Source of the DNA: Carcharhinus longimanus
Taxonomy: Eukaryota
Assembly (NCBI GenBank): GCA_030264375.1
Contig: JASCQW010000081.1
Location: 93,040,923 to 93,104,922 of the forward strand
Direction of reading: 5' to 3'
DNA length: 64,000 nt
The position numbers and the translations under genes are program-made. Under the pieces are notes generated by a model that ran no database searches, was not told the origin of the DNA, and worked only from the letters and a program-made list of their open reading frames with translations. Shown one piece after another: positions 24,502 through 37,020 of the stretch. Each line of letters starts with the position of its first letter. The stretch's first letter is position 1.

Positions 24502-26909
24502 AGTGGCATTGAAGCACACTTATGTTATTGAAAGAGGAGATCACAAGTTGTTGAATTCTTGACATGCTTTCTGATCTTAAGTCCAACTTGTCTCGATCTG
24601 CTCAAATGAATAAGTAAAGCGAGGTAACCGTTTCAGAGCTCGATGTGTCCAACAGAACCCATCAGATTTCAAATGAGGTTTCATTGACATTCATCAGCAA
24701 CTCACTTTCTTTTCAGGAAATCGCGTTCCGTCTCAAACTTCCTTCACTTCTCTGCTTCTTTTAAAATCCCATTATCTGTAGTACTTTATTTCACCCTTGT
24801 CAAAATTAAAATGGTGTGATGGGAAGCTAATAGGAATTAATGATTTCCAATTGAAAAAAACATGTTATTTATTTTCCGTCCATCCTACTTTTTCCTCTGT
24901 TGGTAACAGTGAATTTAAAATTGGAATCGGTTTTTTTTGCAAAATGAGGAAACACCAACTTCTACGCCCTTTATCTTCATTAATGGGAAGTATCGGTTAG
25001 GCAAAAAAAATGCAGATCAGTAAACGGAGGTGACCTGCATTCAGGGAAGCTTGCAGACCACGCAGTATACATGTAAACATAGCTCTGAAGTTAAGTGGTT
25101 TCTATGATTTTGACAGAGCGAAACTTACAGCATGGAACATATTTTAAGGTGGGATCATGTTGGCATGCAGTGGGGCTGCGGGAAGTTTGCCAAGAAATCT
25201 GGTTTCCACATGTTGAGGGGGTAATTGAGGCCTTTAAGAATTGTTTGCTGATGGAGTGCGGTTGAACACCAATCCATCTGCTTTTTTTTTGATTGTGTTG
25301 AAGTTGTTAAGTGTTGTTGAACTATACCTATCATTGTAGGTCAAGACTAATAAATCGTGCTGCTTAATTACATTTTTCAGGTGGAGGGCGGGATATGGGG
25401 AGGCGTTGGATGGAAAGCTGACTAACTTGTTTCACTCTTTCTACTCTCTAATCTGTTTTTCTACCCACAGCGTTTATATAGGTGGCACTGTTCAATTTCC
25501 AGTGAAGGACAACCCCAAGGTTTTGGCGACGTTCGAATCAGCGAACTTATTGCCACTTAACCTGAACGGATAACGATTATGTATTTATCCTCTCGGAAAA
25601 GTATTTTGCCTCACAAGTCTTTGGTCAAAATGTTACATGCCACTTGTCAGGCCATCCCGGGAAAATCATGAGGACTTTAATTTCGGATGATAAACTGGAA
25701 AAATATGATAATCTCAGGCAAATACACCATTATGTAAATTGTCTAACCACACGATCATTGAATATTGCAAAATCTTATCATTAGCGATAAAGGCTAAGTA
25801 TTGCTCTGTCATAATTTCGCTTGACTGAGTGAAATGTTTGCAAATTGAAGATATGGACGAAAGACACAGAATGACTGAGGACATTATTCTGTATTATAAC
25901 GAAGGAAGCACCAAGAAATAAGTCAATACTACTAAATACGAAACTCTACGAAATGGGAGAAGATCAGCGTGCAAATAATTTTAATCTTTCCTTAGATAAG
26001 CAACCCCTCCAAAATATTAAAAGCGTCACTGAAGTATATTTAGATTTTTGGAAGAAATGAAGTAGAAAACGTTAATTGGTATGCTACCTAAACTTCTTTC
26101 CAACTTGTCTCGATCTGTTCAAATGGAGAAATAAATATAATTAATCTTGCTAAACCTCGAGGCATCCCACAAACCTGATTAGATGTCACATGACGCGTCA
26201 TTGGCATTCATCAGTAACTGTCTATAATTTCAGGCAGTAACTACTTTTCAAATTTCAATCAATTATCCTCTTCATTCAAAATTTCATTACTTGCAGGATT
26301 TTGTTTTCAGTCTCGCCAAAATGAAATTGATGTGATGGGAAGTTAACGGGAAATAATTATTTCCAATTGAAAGTATGCTGTTTGCCTTCTGGCCCTCCTC
26401 CGTTTCGTCAAATAACAGCATTGAAATTTCATTCGAAATTCATCTTATTGTAAGAAAATAAAATCAGCTTGTACGTTCGTTGTATGCATTCATGAGAAGG
26501 AGTGTTTACCGGCTGGACGAGAAGGTAATGTTCAGCAGCAAGCAGAGGTGCTCAGCATTCATGAATACCCTGCAGACTATGCCGTGAACGCATGCACACA
26601 GTGCTGACAGTAAGCATGTTTTATGACTTCAACGCATCGAAATTGATGGAAAGTCAATATAATCAATGTCGTGTGTGTTTTGCCGTAGGGTTTTGGGATG
26701 GATAACTGAAAGTTTTTGAGAAACTACGTTTCCACTGGGCAGTGGTCAAATGTTTGGAACTTACGGTTGGAATTGTTTTGTTGAATTCCGGCAGACAGTT
26801 CTTGTGCATAACCATGGAACAGTGTGAGTATTGTTTCTGGGTTGAGGTGGTCGGTGGGGTCTTTAATGATAGTTTGCCGTTGGGCTGCGGTTGAATATCA
26901 AACCACCGG

Positions 26910-29478
26910 AGGGCATTTCGTACACCTCATTGTAAAGTTATTTGTTTCTAGACAAGCACAACATTCATATGCGTATGCATTTGATACAAAGACAAAGACC
27001 CGAGACTGCAGCTGTTTTATCGTATCCCATAGGCAATATCACAATCTTTCTAGGGAGATGAAAGAAATATCAGTTCAGATAACAGTGAATTATTCCAGTC
27101 ATTATTTCACGTTCTTTGCTGTGAGCAAGGACATTCAGTTCTGTACTGTTAGTGATGTATTAAAACATCCAATTTTACCTACGCTGTCCACTTAATGCAA
27201 ATGCATATACAGCAAGAGTATAGTGCATGATGCTGCTGCTAAGATGCTAATTTTCCTCGTTCCCTGGAAGACCCTCTAATGAGCTGAGTCTCCTCTCACA
27301 CGTTTCTCCTGTTTGTCCTCCACGGGCAACATCATGAAGTGCTGACGTTTGCGACGGCAGAGAACCCGGCTTGTAAAATAAACAACACAGGAAGGTTGAT
27401 TTGGTAAGGGAAAACTGTGCACGTCTGATTGGTGCGCATGGCTCTGCATCAGCACAGTGACAATTACATTTGGACGTACATTGCAATGACTATAACCGGA
27501 ATGAAAAGTGCACATTTTGGAATGTTCTTGAGTAAGCCCCCTAACCATCCTCCTACACCACAAGATTATCCACACCAGTCATTTTTTTCCCCTCTAGCAT
27601 TGGATGTAAGAGCTGCAATTGATCATGTGTGATTTCAACATTTTCTTCTACGTATCCGTTCTGACTGTGATAGAAAAAAAAACAAGGCTCATTTATGACA
27701 GAGCATGCACATGCCTGAGCTGCACGGTGAAATTCCAAAGCCATACGATTATGTATGACCAAGATAGACAGGGAGTGGATCTCAGGTTGCAGGTATTAGA
27801 AAGCTTCCACTCCGTTATTTTCTATCATTTCCGTGCTGACTGAGATGTTGATGATGGCTCTCTCTTAGGAGGTTATACTAAGACCACGGAAATGACTCTC
27901 AAAAATCAGTGGAAGCCAGTTTCCCTAATGACAAGCGGGTTCAGGACATCACGCTTATGGCGTCCCACAAAAGGGACATAATTTTAAGTTCAATGAGCAT
28001 AGATTTGTTTTATGCCACAAGCATCAAAGGCTATGTACCTTACGGGGCCTGTGCTAACCAGTCGATCTGTGATATCTAATAGGCATTGGGGCCACAAAGC
28101 CAAAAAATCCTAGATGCAAAATTGTGGGGTAACAGTGGGTGTGGATTTAATAAAAAAAGTAATCAAATTGGAGGCTAACAAGGAATTGAATTGAAGTCGA
28201 CAATTTTGTCCCAGCCTCAATACACAGAGGGCGGTAATATAACCAGACTCGCCCTGAGACCCCCTCCATAAAAAAATGAATTGGTGCTGCGAAATCAGAC
28301 ACTAGATGACCACAGCCAACAAGTGCTATTATAGATGAGATTGCGAGCCCACAGAGAGCCCCACTTCGTGTTACTGTTTAGGTGACTGAAGTGGCTGAGA
28401 GGCGGATTCTGCCATGCGGCATTCTAAAATGTTGGGGATGATAGCAGTTGGGCTTGAGAATCGGAATAACGTTTCAATGGTGTTGTTCTCAGCAATATAC
28501 TGGCAATGACTATAGTCTGTATTTCCGACTTCAATACTTCCTTTGGTGAAATTCCTGCGGGCTCACAGATGTGCTACTCCCTTCGGGACCGTTTGGCTTT
28601 GCTGGCACCGCGAAGTTGGCATATTTCTAATTGGGACTACCATTTGGTCTTCATGCGTAAATTATTAGAAACGAATGCAAAGCAATCACAGTTCTGGGGA
28701 CGAGGCGGTATTGGGAAATTGGGTATGGGACCAGAAATTTGACTGCTTCGCTTCTGAGGCGATGGGTTGCATTTCTAAAACAGAAGAGCTATTTACTCAT
28801 CTCCCGATGAGACCATGCAGGGACATGGAGATAATTAGTACAATTAAACGACGTTGTTTTTTTTTTATTCATTCTTGGGACATGAGCATTGCTGGTTGTT
28901 CAGATTTTTGCCCATCCCTAGTTGCCCGAGGGCTGTTGAGAGTCAACGACATTGCTGTGGTTCTGGATTCACGCATAGGCCAGATCAAGTAAGAGAGTAA
29001 ATCTCCTTCCACAACAGACAGTAGTGAATCAGATGAGTTATTTCCCACAATGGACAATGGTTTCACGTTGATAAGTGGATTTTTAATTCCAGATTTATTT
29101 AACTGAACTCAAATCCCACCATCTGCTATGCTGGGATTTGAATTCTATCATAACACCACGAGGTCATCACATCCCCAAGTTGATACAGTGTTCTATTCCT
29201 GTGTTGAAGTATGCCAGTTCGGGGAACCATTTGCGGTGTCAAACATGTATTTTTCGCCGCTTCCTTTCAAGTTTCAGTGTTGTGTATATTGTTAGAAACA
29301 CCTTCTGTGATCCTTCCCAATGCGGTTCCTGACAACTCCTTTGTTATTGAACCTTCACTATTATATAGTCCATCGGCGAGTGAACGTGCAGCTCTCGCTG
29401 ATGAGTTACCTGTAAGTCTTTGGCTACCTGTGAATAAAATCCTTTCAAAGATTGTGTTAGTGCATTGCAGCATATAGT
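26910..29478 (-). mobile_element. env: Second ERV fragment: integrase C-terminus, env (SU+TM), 3' LTR
   Basis: ORF 27553-27762 VIHNRMALEFHRAAQACACSVINEPCFFFY is a degenerate immunosuppressive domain plus CX6CC. 27785-28830 and 29240-29475 are colinear with 13290-14580. LTR at 26910-27240. Confidence 0.85.
28858..29150 (-). mobile_element. Deu-domain SINE (SacSINE1/AmnSINE1-like) nested in the ERV
   Basis: Deu-like core ctccttccacaacagacagtagtgaatcagatgagtt, B-box remnant GAATTCAAATCCC, and tail GGGCAACTAGGGATGGGCAAAAA...GAATGAATAAAAA shared with the monomer LINE. Confidence 0.7.
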
Positions 29479-29479
29479 C

Positions 29480-31255
29480 AAAGGAATCTATGCTTTGAAC
29501 CAGAGGAAATGGGCGAGATATTAAATCAATCCTTTGCTCCAGTATTTACCAACGAGAGAGACTTGATGAGTGAAGAGCCTGTTGTAGAGTTTGTCGATAT
29601 TCCAGAACATCTCGACATTAAAGAGGAGGCGTATTGGGCGTCATAAACAGCATTGAAATAGAAACGTCCCCAGCGCCTGATAGGATGAACCCCATAATAC
29701 TGGGGAAAGAAAGGGCAGAAATTATTGGGGCCTTGACAGAAACCTTTGTATCATCTTTGGCTGCAAGTGAAGTTCCATAGGATTGAGGATAGCCAATGTC
29801 GTTCCATTGTATTAGAAGCGCAGCAGGGATAATTCAGAAAATTATCAGCCGGTGAACATTAGGTCAAAGGTAGGGAAATTATTCAAAAATATTCCTTGAG
29901 ACAGATTTTATTCCCATTTGGAAAGAAACAGACTTATTTGTGATAAAAAATATATCGATTTGTGTAGGAGAGATGGAGTTTTTCAGAGAAAGGAAGGAAA
30001 ATGATAGACGAGGAAAGATAATAGAAGTTGCCTATATTCACTTAATTAAAGCCTTTGACAAGTTACCTCATGGTAGATTGGTATAGAAGGTGAAGTCACA
30101 CGGGATCAGAGGAGAGTTGGCAACATGGATATGGAACAGGTTTGGCTATGGACGACAGAAGTTAGCAGCAGGGTGGTGTGTTCCGAATGGAAGGATGTGA
30201 CTAATGATTTTCCACAGAGATCATTTCTGGGATCTTTGTTGTTTGTAGATGTACATGATTTGGAGGAAAATGTAGCCGCTGTGTTTCAAAAGTTTGCAAA
30301 AGGCACAAAAACGTTTCAGAGTTGTGGATAATGAAGACGATTTTTAGGTGATACAGCAAGACATAGCACGTTGGAGGCGTGGGCAGACAAATGGGAGATG
30401 GAGGTTATTCTGAACAAGTGTTGCTAACGTATTTTGGAAGGTCCAATACATGTCGGAATTATGCAGGAAATGGTAGAACCTTTAGAAGTATTAACAGACA
30501 GAGAGATCTGGGTGTACACGTCCAACGATCACTGAAAGTGGCAACACAGCTGTTATTAAGCAAGAAGCCATGAGGCATGCCTGCATTCAACAGTCGAGGT
30601 ATTGAGCATGCAAGTTCGCAGATCATGTGGGAACATAAATTGGGCCTCACTTAGAATATTGTGTACAGTTTTTGTCACCACACTACTAGAAGGATGTTGG
30701 TTTTGGCAAGGGTACAGACGAGGTTTACCAAGATGTTGCCTTGTCTCGTGGCTAATAGTGATAACTAGAGGTTGGAAAAATCAGTTTGTTCTGAATAGAA
30801 CAACAAAGGTTGCGGGATGACCAGATAAAGGTTAACAGGGTTTTTTTGGTACATCAACAGAGTAGATCGTCAGATGATCTTTCCGAAGGTAGAAAAATCA
30901 ATACTTTGGGGCGTAAGTTTAAGGTGAGTGGGGAAAAGTTTAGAGGAGATACGCGAGGAAAGTCTATTACATCGAGTGTGGTGAATGTCTTGAATGCACT
31001 GCGTGGGAGCAGGTGCAATAGCGGTTTTTTACGCGACAACTGGACAAATACATGAATGTGATGGGAAAGGAACATACAGACTCCGTAAATGCAATCGTCA
31101 TCATTCTCTGGTGGTATTAGTTACGAAGAAAGGTTGGAAAAATCGTGTTGTTCTGAATGGAATGACGGAGGTTTGGGGGTGACCAGATAAAGGTTAACAA
31201 AGTTTTGTGTCGCAGCTTGGAGATCCGAAGGGCCTCTCCTTGTACTTTACTGTTA
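29480..31255 (+). mobile_element. CR1 LINE, 5'-truncated, degenerate ORF2
   Basis: SPAPDRMNP, ANVVPLY, KAFDKLPHGRL, FPQRSFLGSLLF, RDLGVHVQRSLKVA motifs; CR1 tail near 31230. Confidence 0.9.
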
Positions 31256-32919
31256 TTTGATCTTGGATTCATCGAATGTATTGCTTTTAAATCTCAATGG
31301 ATAATGGTTATGTGTTCTCTATTCTTCGAACAGATGGTCTTTCCCTATTCAGTGGCAGAACATTATTTGCCACTTGGGGTGCCCAAGACGAGATAAGGAA
31401 CAAGGGTTGGATTTCACTTGATAATCTCTAAAATGTTGACATTCGCAGGCAATCACACCCCTTGGTAGAGTACATGACCGCTGGTTCATTGGAAATGGAC
31501 ATGTGCGTTAACTAACAATTGGTCATTGAACGGATGATCCAATGGCATATATTGGCTGTGGACCTCAGTTTCCGAAATTGATGGAAGCAATCTCCAAGCA
31601 AACCTAAAGAAAGTAACAGGGAAGCTGAAACTTACGACGAGGCAAGACCAGATTGCAATATCTATTACGTCTACGTGCGCCACAGTTAAGCATCACCTCC
31701 GAATTATTAGCAATGCAATCGAAACACATGTAGACTCTTGGAAGAAAATAGGTGTTGAAAATGTCTTCCACATATGTTACCTCATCCTATGTGCAACATG
31801 TCTGGCTCTGCTCAAGTGGACAAGTAAAACTGATTGATGTTTTCAAAGTTTCATACGTGCCACAGAATGCATCCGATATTTAATGATGAAAAATTGCCCT
31901 TCATCATTAGTTCACTTTCTTTTCAGGAAGCCCCTTTCCTGCTCAAACGTTCTTTGCTTCTCCTTTTAATTTTAAATTCCAGTGCCTGTATTTTTTTTTA
32001 TCTTTTCAAAATTAAATTGAGGCAATGGGAAGCAAAAGGGCACTAATAATTTCCAATTGACGGAAAACTACTTATTTTCTGGCATTCTTGCGTTTTATTG
32101 CGTAACAGCGGTAATATAAAATTATGAACACGACTTTTTTTGTAAAACAAAAAAAAGAAATTTGTGCATTGTGTGTATTCATTCATGAAACGTAGAATTG
32201 TTGTTTTTACCCTATTTTAATGCTTATCAGAACGCGGCGTTAATCCGCCCCCATTAAGCCCGACATAACATACCGTTTATGTGTAACCACAGTGCTGTTA
32301 GAAACTGCGTTTCTTGATTTTGGCCTAGAGAAATTGCAAGTATGGCAATATATTTCAATGTCACGCTGGTTTTGCAATGACTGTAATGGGTGGGGGGGGG
32401 GGGGGTGGAGGTGGAGGGGCGAGTGGGTAACTTGAAATTTGCAGAGCCATTCTCTTTCTACAGGCCAGCGGTCAGGTGTATGGAATTTGCAATTGGAACA
32501 TTTTTTCTTAAATTATAGCAGACCCGTCTCTGAAACAATGTTGCCATTATGTGAAGTTGGCTTGAAGGTTTGAGGGGGATGGTGGGGAGAACATCAAGCC
32601 TTATGTCTTCGATTGGATATCGTTGAGTTTGCTGAATGTTTTCGGAACAATATCTATCCAGTTCGGTCGAGATTATACAATTGCACTCCTTAATTATGCT
32701 TTGTAGGTGTTAGTCTGAGCTTTTGGAAAGAAGTCGGCTCGGGCAAGACGTAATTAAAACATTGCACTCTTCCGAGCTTTTTGTTTTCTATTCCAGCCAC
32801 AACATTTATATGGTTGGCACTGCTCAGTTTCTAAATATGTTGATAACCGTGGATTCAGTGATTTCATTGCAATGTAATGTCAATGTTTGACATTATGTTT
32901 TTTCACTTCTTGGATCAAG

Positions 32920-33118
32920 AGGCACAATATGCATTTAGGATATTGTCCGTTTCCTCTGGTTCCAACCATAGATTCCCTTCACTATCCATGACAGGCCAAA
33001 CCCTCCCCTTCGCTAACTTCTTTCCCTTTACATACGAGTAAAATGCCTTTGAATGTGACTGAGTCCTGTTTTCCAAGGATGATTCATGACCTCTTTAAGC
33101 ACTCCTAACTCCTCTCGA
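32920..33118 (-). mobile_element. CR1 ORF2 internal fragment
   Basis: Minus strand KAFYSYVKGKKLAKGRVWPVMDSEGNLWLEPEETDNIL. Confidence 0.75.
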
Positions 33119-33724
33119 CTCACAATTCTGTAGTGCCTATGCTGCTAGACAATGGGCTGCCCAAACCGAAAAAAAAAAGTTTAATTTCGGTTGATAAGCT
33201 TGAAAACTTTGATAACTTCTGACAAATACACCATTTTTGTGCTATGTGTGTCCACTCCATCATTAAATAATTCAAAATCATGTCCTTAGCAGAAATTGTT
33301 TTATACCACTAAGTAAAAATTAAAGTTAGTTGAATCAAACATTTACAAATTGAACAGATGGGCCAATGGTGCACAATTGCTGTGCAAATCATTCTGCAAG
33401 TACATGGAAGCAAGAGCCAGGAAACATTGACGTCAACACCACTAAATGCGAAATGTTAATCGACGAGATTAGACAACAATGTTTAGTTTGTTGATGCCTG
33501 AGTTAAGCAATCCATTCAAATTATTAAATGCAGCATTGAGGCACATTTAGATGATTCGAAGAAGAGGTATGAAATGTTCACTTCTTGATGTGTTACCTGA
33601 TCTGATGTCCATCTTTTCTAGATCTGCTCAAATTGATCATTAATCATAATTAATCATTCCAAATCTTGAAGCGTCTAAGAGAACTCTTCAGATTTCAAAT
33701 AAAATGTAATTTGTCCCTTAGTTT

Positions 33725-35110
33725 CAGAACGTTAGCACGGATAATCAAGGTAATTTCAGGTCGGTGAGCCATATATCAGTGGTAGGGAACTTATTGCGGA
33801 GAATTCTTCGAGACAGGGCGTATTCCCACTTGGAAATAAGTGGACGTATTATCGAGGGGCAGCATCGTTTTGTGAAGGGAAGGTCGTTCTCACTGTTTTT
33901 TGGAGAAAGTGACGAAGATGATTGACGAGATTAGGACAGTTGATCTTGTCTAAATGGACTTCAACAACACCATTGACAAGTCCATCAGGGTAGATTGTTA
34001 TTGACGATGCAGCCACATGGGATTAGAGGTGAGCTGTCAAGATGGATGCAGAACTAAGCCATCCATAGAGGACAGAAGGTAGCAGTGCAAAGGTGCATAC
34101 CTGAATTGAGGGCTGTGACATGTGACGTACCTCAGAGGTCATTGCTGGGTCCTTTGCTGTTTGTAATACTTTTTAAATAATTTGGAGGAAAATGTAATTG
34201 ATTTAATTGTTAAGCTTCCAGATAACATGAGGTTGGAGAAATTGTGGATAGTGATTTGAAAATCAGGGAACATAAACTTTAGATCGGTTGGAGTCTTGGG
34301 TGGAGACAACACAGGTCGTATTTGATCCCGATAAAAGTGAGGAACTGCATTTTGGTTGGACTATTACAGATGGTAAATACACAGTAAATGGCACATCACT
34401 CAAGAGTATAGATGGGCAGAGCGACCTGGGTGTACAGGTACACAGCTCCCTTGAAGTGGCAACGTAGGTGGACAAGTTAGTGAAGAAGGCAAATGACATG
34501 CTTGTCTTCATAGGCCGGGGCACTGAGTTTAAAAATCGGCAAGTCATGCTACGGTTTTATAGAACATGTTTAGACTGCACTTAGAACATAGTGTTCTTTA
34601 CTGGACAACACACTGCCAGAAGAATGTGGGGGCTTTGCAGAGGGCAAACTAAATATTTACCAGAGTGTTGCCTGACATGGAGGACGTTAGCTATGAGGTG
34701 AGGTTGGATAATCTTCGTTTGCTCTCATTGGAACGTCGGAGGTTGAGGGGCGAACTGATAAGATTACAGTGTGGATAGCCAGAAGGTTTTTTTTCCAAGA
34801 TGCTAGAGTCAATTACGAGGGAACATCAGTTGAAGGTGCGCGGGACAGGATTTACAGGAGATGTACGAGGCAAGATATTTACACAGAAGTTGGTGAGTGC
34901 CTGAAATTTGCTGTCGGGGGAGGAAGTGGAAGCAGATATGAAAGCAAACGTTAATAGGCCTCTTGTTAATTATATGAACAGGATAGGAATAGAGGGATGC
35001 TGTTCCCTGAAAGATAGGACTTTTTTTTTCATTCGGCCAATATGTTCGGCGCAGGCTTGGAGGATCGAGGGGCATGACCCTTTGCTGTAACTGGATTTGT
35101 TCCTTGTCAT
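33725..35110 (+). mobile_element. CR1 LINE, 5'-truncated
   Basis: QHRFVKGRS, VPQRSLLGPLLF and DLGVQVHSSLEVAT motifs, plus 3' tail. Confidence 0.9.
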
Positions 35111-35694
35111 TGACTTTCATCTTTAACTTGTTTTCTTTTCAGCAATCCACTTTGCTGCTCAAACTTCTGTGACTACTCCTCTTAATTTAGAATTTAATTT
35201 TCTGTAGTATTTTGATTTCAGACTTGCCACAATGTGACTAAAGAGATGGGAACTGATGGGAATTAATGATTTCCAACTGAAAGAACGTTGTTTATTCTCT
35301 GCCTTCCTTCGTTTCCTTGTTAAAAGCAACAATATTAAAATAGGATTCCTACTTTTTTTGAAAAAAAAACTTGTCCATTCTTTATATTCACTGAGAAGTA
35401 GTGGTTGCTAGCTAGACAAGAAATGAATGCTCATCAGATGCGGAGATGATCCATGTCCCTCAAACACTCCAGACCAAGTAATGCACGTATGTACACAGTG
35501 CTGTAGTTAAGCGTACTTTACTATTTTCACACAGCGAAATTTATGGCATTGCAATATGTTTTAATATCATTTCGAGTTGGCGGGTGAGCAGATTTGAAGT
35601 TTGTGCAGGAATTACGTTTCTGCAGATCAACGGTCATGTAATCAGAATTTGCTTTTGGAGTTGCTTTGACCAATTACAACAGAAGAAAATAAAT

Positions 35695-37020
35695 AATTGG
35701 AAAACATTCTGAGGGACGGTATTCACTCATATTTAGAAACAAGTGGACTTATTAATGATAGAGGGAATGGTTTTGTGAAACATATGTCATGCCCCATTAC
35801 TTTAATAAAGTTTTTCGAGGGCGTGACCAAGACGATTGATGAGGGAAATACGGTGGATGATGTGTACATAGACTTCAGTACAGTCATTGACAAGATACAT
35901 TATAGTATACGGACGATAAAAACAAATGGGATCAACTGACTGCTGGGAATATGAATACAAAACTGGTTTGGCCACAAAAGACAAAGAGTAGCAGTTGAGT
36001 TTTTTTTTCGTTTTCTGAGTGGAACGCTGCAACTAGCGATGTTTCACAGTGATCAGCTCTGGGAGCTTTATTTTTGTTGTATATATAAATTATTTGGAGG
36101 AAAATGTAACTGTTCTGATTATCAAGTTCGCAGACCATGCAAACACTGATGGATTTGCGGATAGTGAAATGGATTGTCAGAGGATTATGCACGATGGAGG
36201 CCGGGTAGGGACTTGGGGAGAAAATTGGCAGATAGCGGATAATCCATACAAGTGGGCGATAATGCGTTTTCGAAGGTTCAATGCATATAGGGTGTATATA
36301 CAGTGAATGGCAGCATTCTTCGGAATATTGACAGGCAGATATCTGAGTGTGCATGCTGGCGGATCCCTGAAAGTGGCAAGGCAGTTGGATTTGGTAGTCA
36401 AGAAGGCAGAGAGCATACTGCATACATTGGTCGGAGCTTTGATCTAAAAAATGACAGGACAAACTGTTAAGCCTCATTTAGAATATTGCGTACAATTCTG
36501 TTTGCCACACGACCAGATGGATGTGGATGCTTTGGAGAGGCACAGAACCGGTCACCAAGGTATTGCCTTATCTGGAGCCTATTAGCTATTAGAGGCTGGA
36601 TTAACTCAATTTGCTTTCACTGGAATGACAGAGGCTAAGGGGTGACCTGATAGATGTTTACAAGATTGTGAGTGGCATGCAAATAATGAATAGTCAGATG
36701 TTCTTTCCTCGGGTATAAAAGCCAAGTACTGGGTGACACGGAATTAAGGTGCATGGGGAAAAGTTTAGCGAGATGTGTGAGGCAATTAGTTTACAGAGGT
36801 GGTGGTGACTCTCTGGAACGTACTGCCTAGGCGTAGGGGCAGACACAATTGCAGCATTTAGGAACAACTGGACGAATATGTAAACGGATGGTAATAGAAA
36901 GATGTGAATTGCATAAGTGAATTCATTTTTAGTTTAAATAGTCATCATGATGAGTACAGACGTAAAGGGCTGAAGGGCCATTCTTCTGCTGTATTAACTT
37001 GTTCTTCGTTGTTATTTGAA
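35695..37020 (+). mobile_element. CR1 LINE, 5'-truncated
   Basis: ORFs 35697-35939 (GFVKHMSCPITLIKFFEGVTKTIDEGNTVDDVYIDFS) and 36049-36306 (IIKFADHA); tail gggctgaagggcc. Confidence 0.9.

Noticed and set aside
26185-26203. Resemblance of caaatgacgcgtcat to 28S rRNA CAAATGCCTCGTCAT as a snoRNA guide target
   Set aside because: Central mismatches, an offset from the D box that breaks the D+5 rule, and variability among copies make chance likely.
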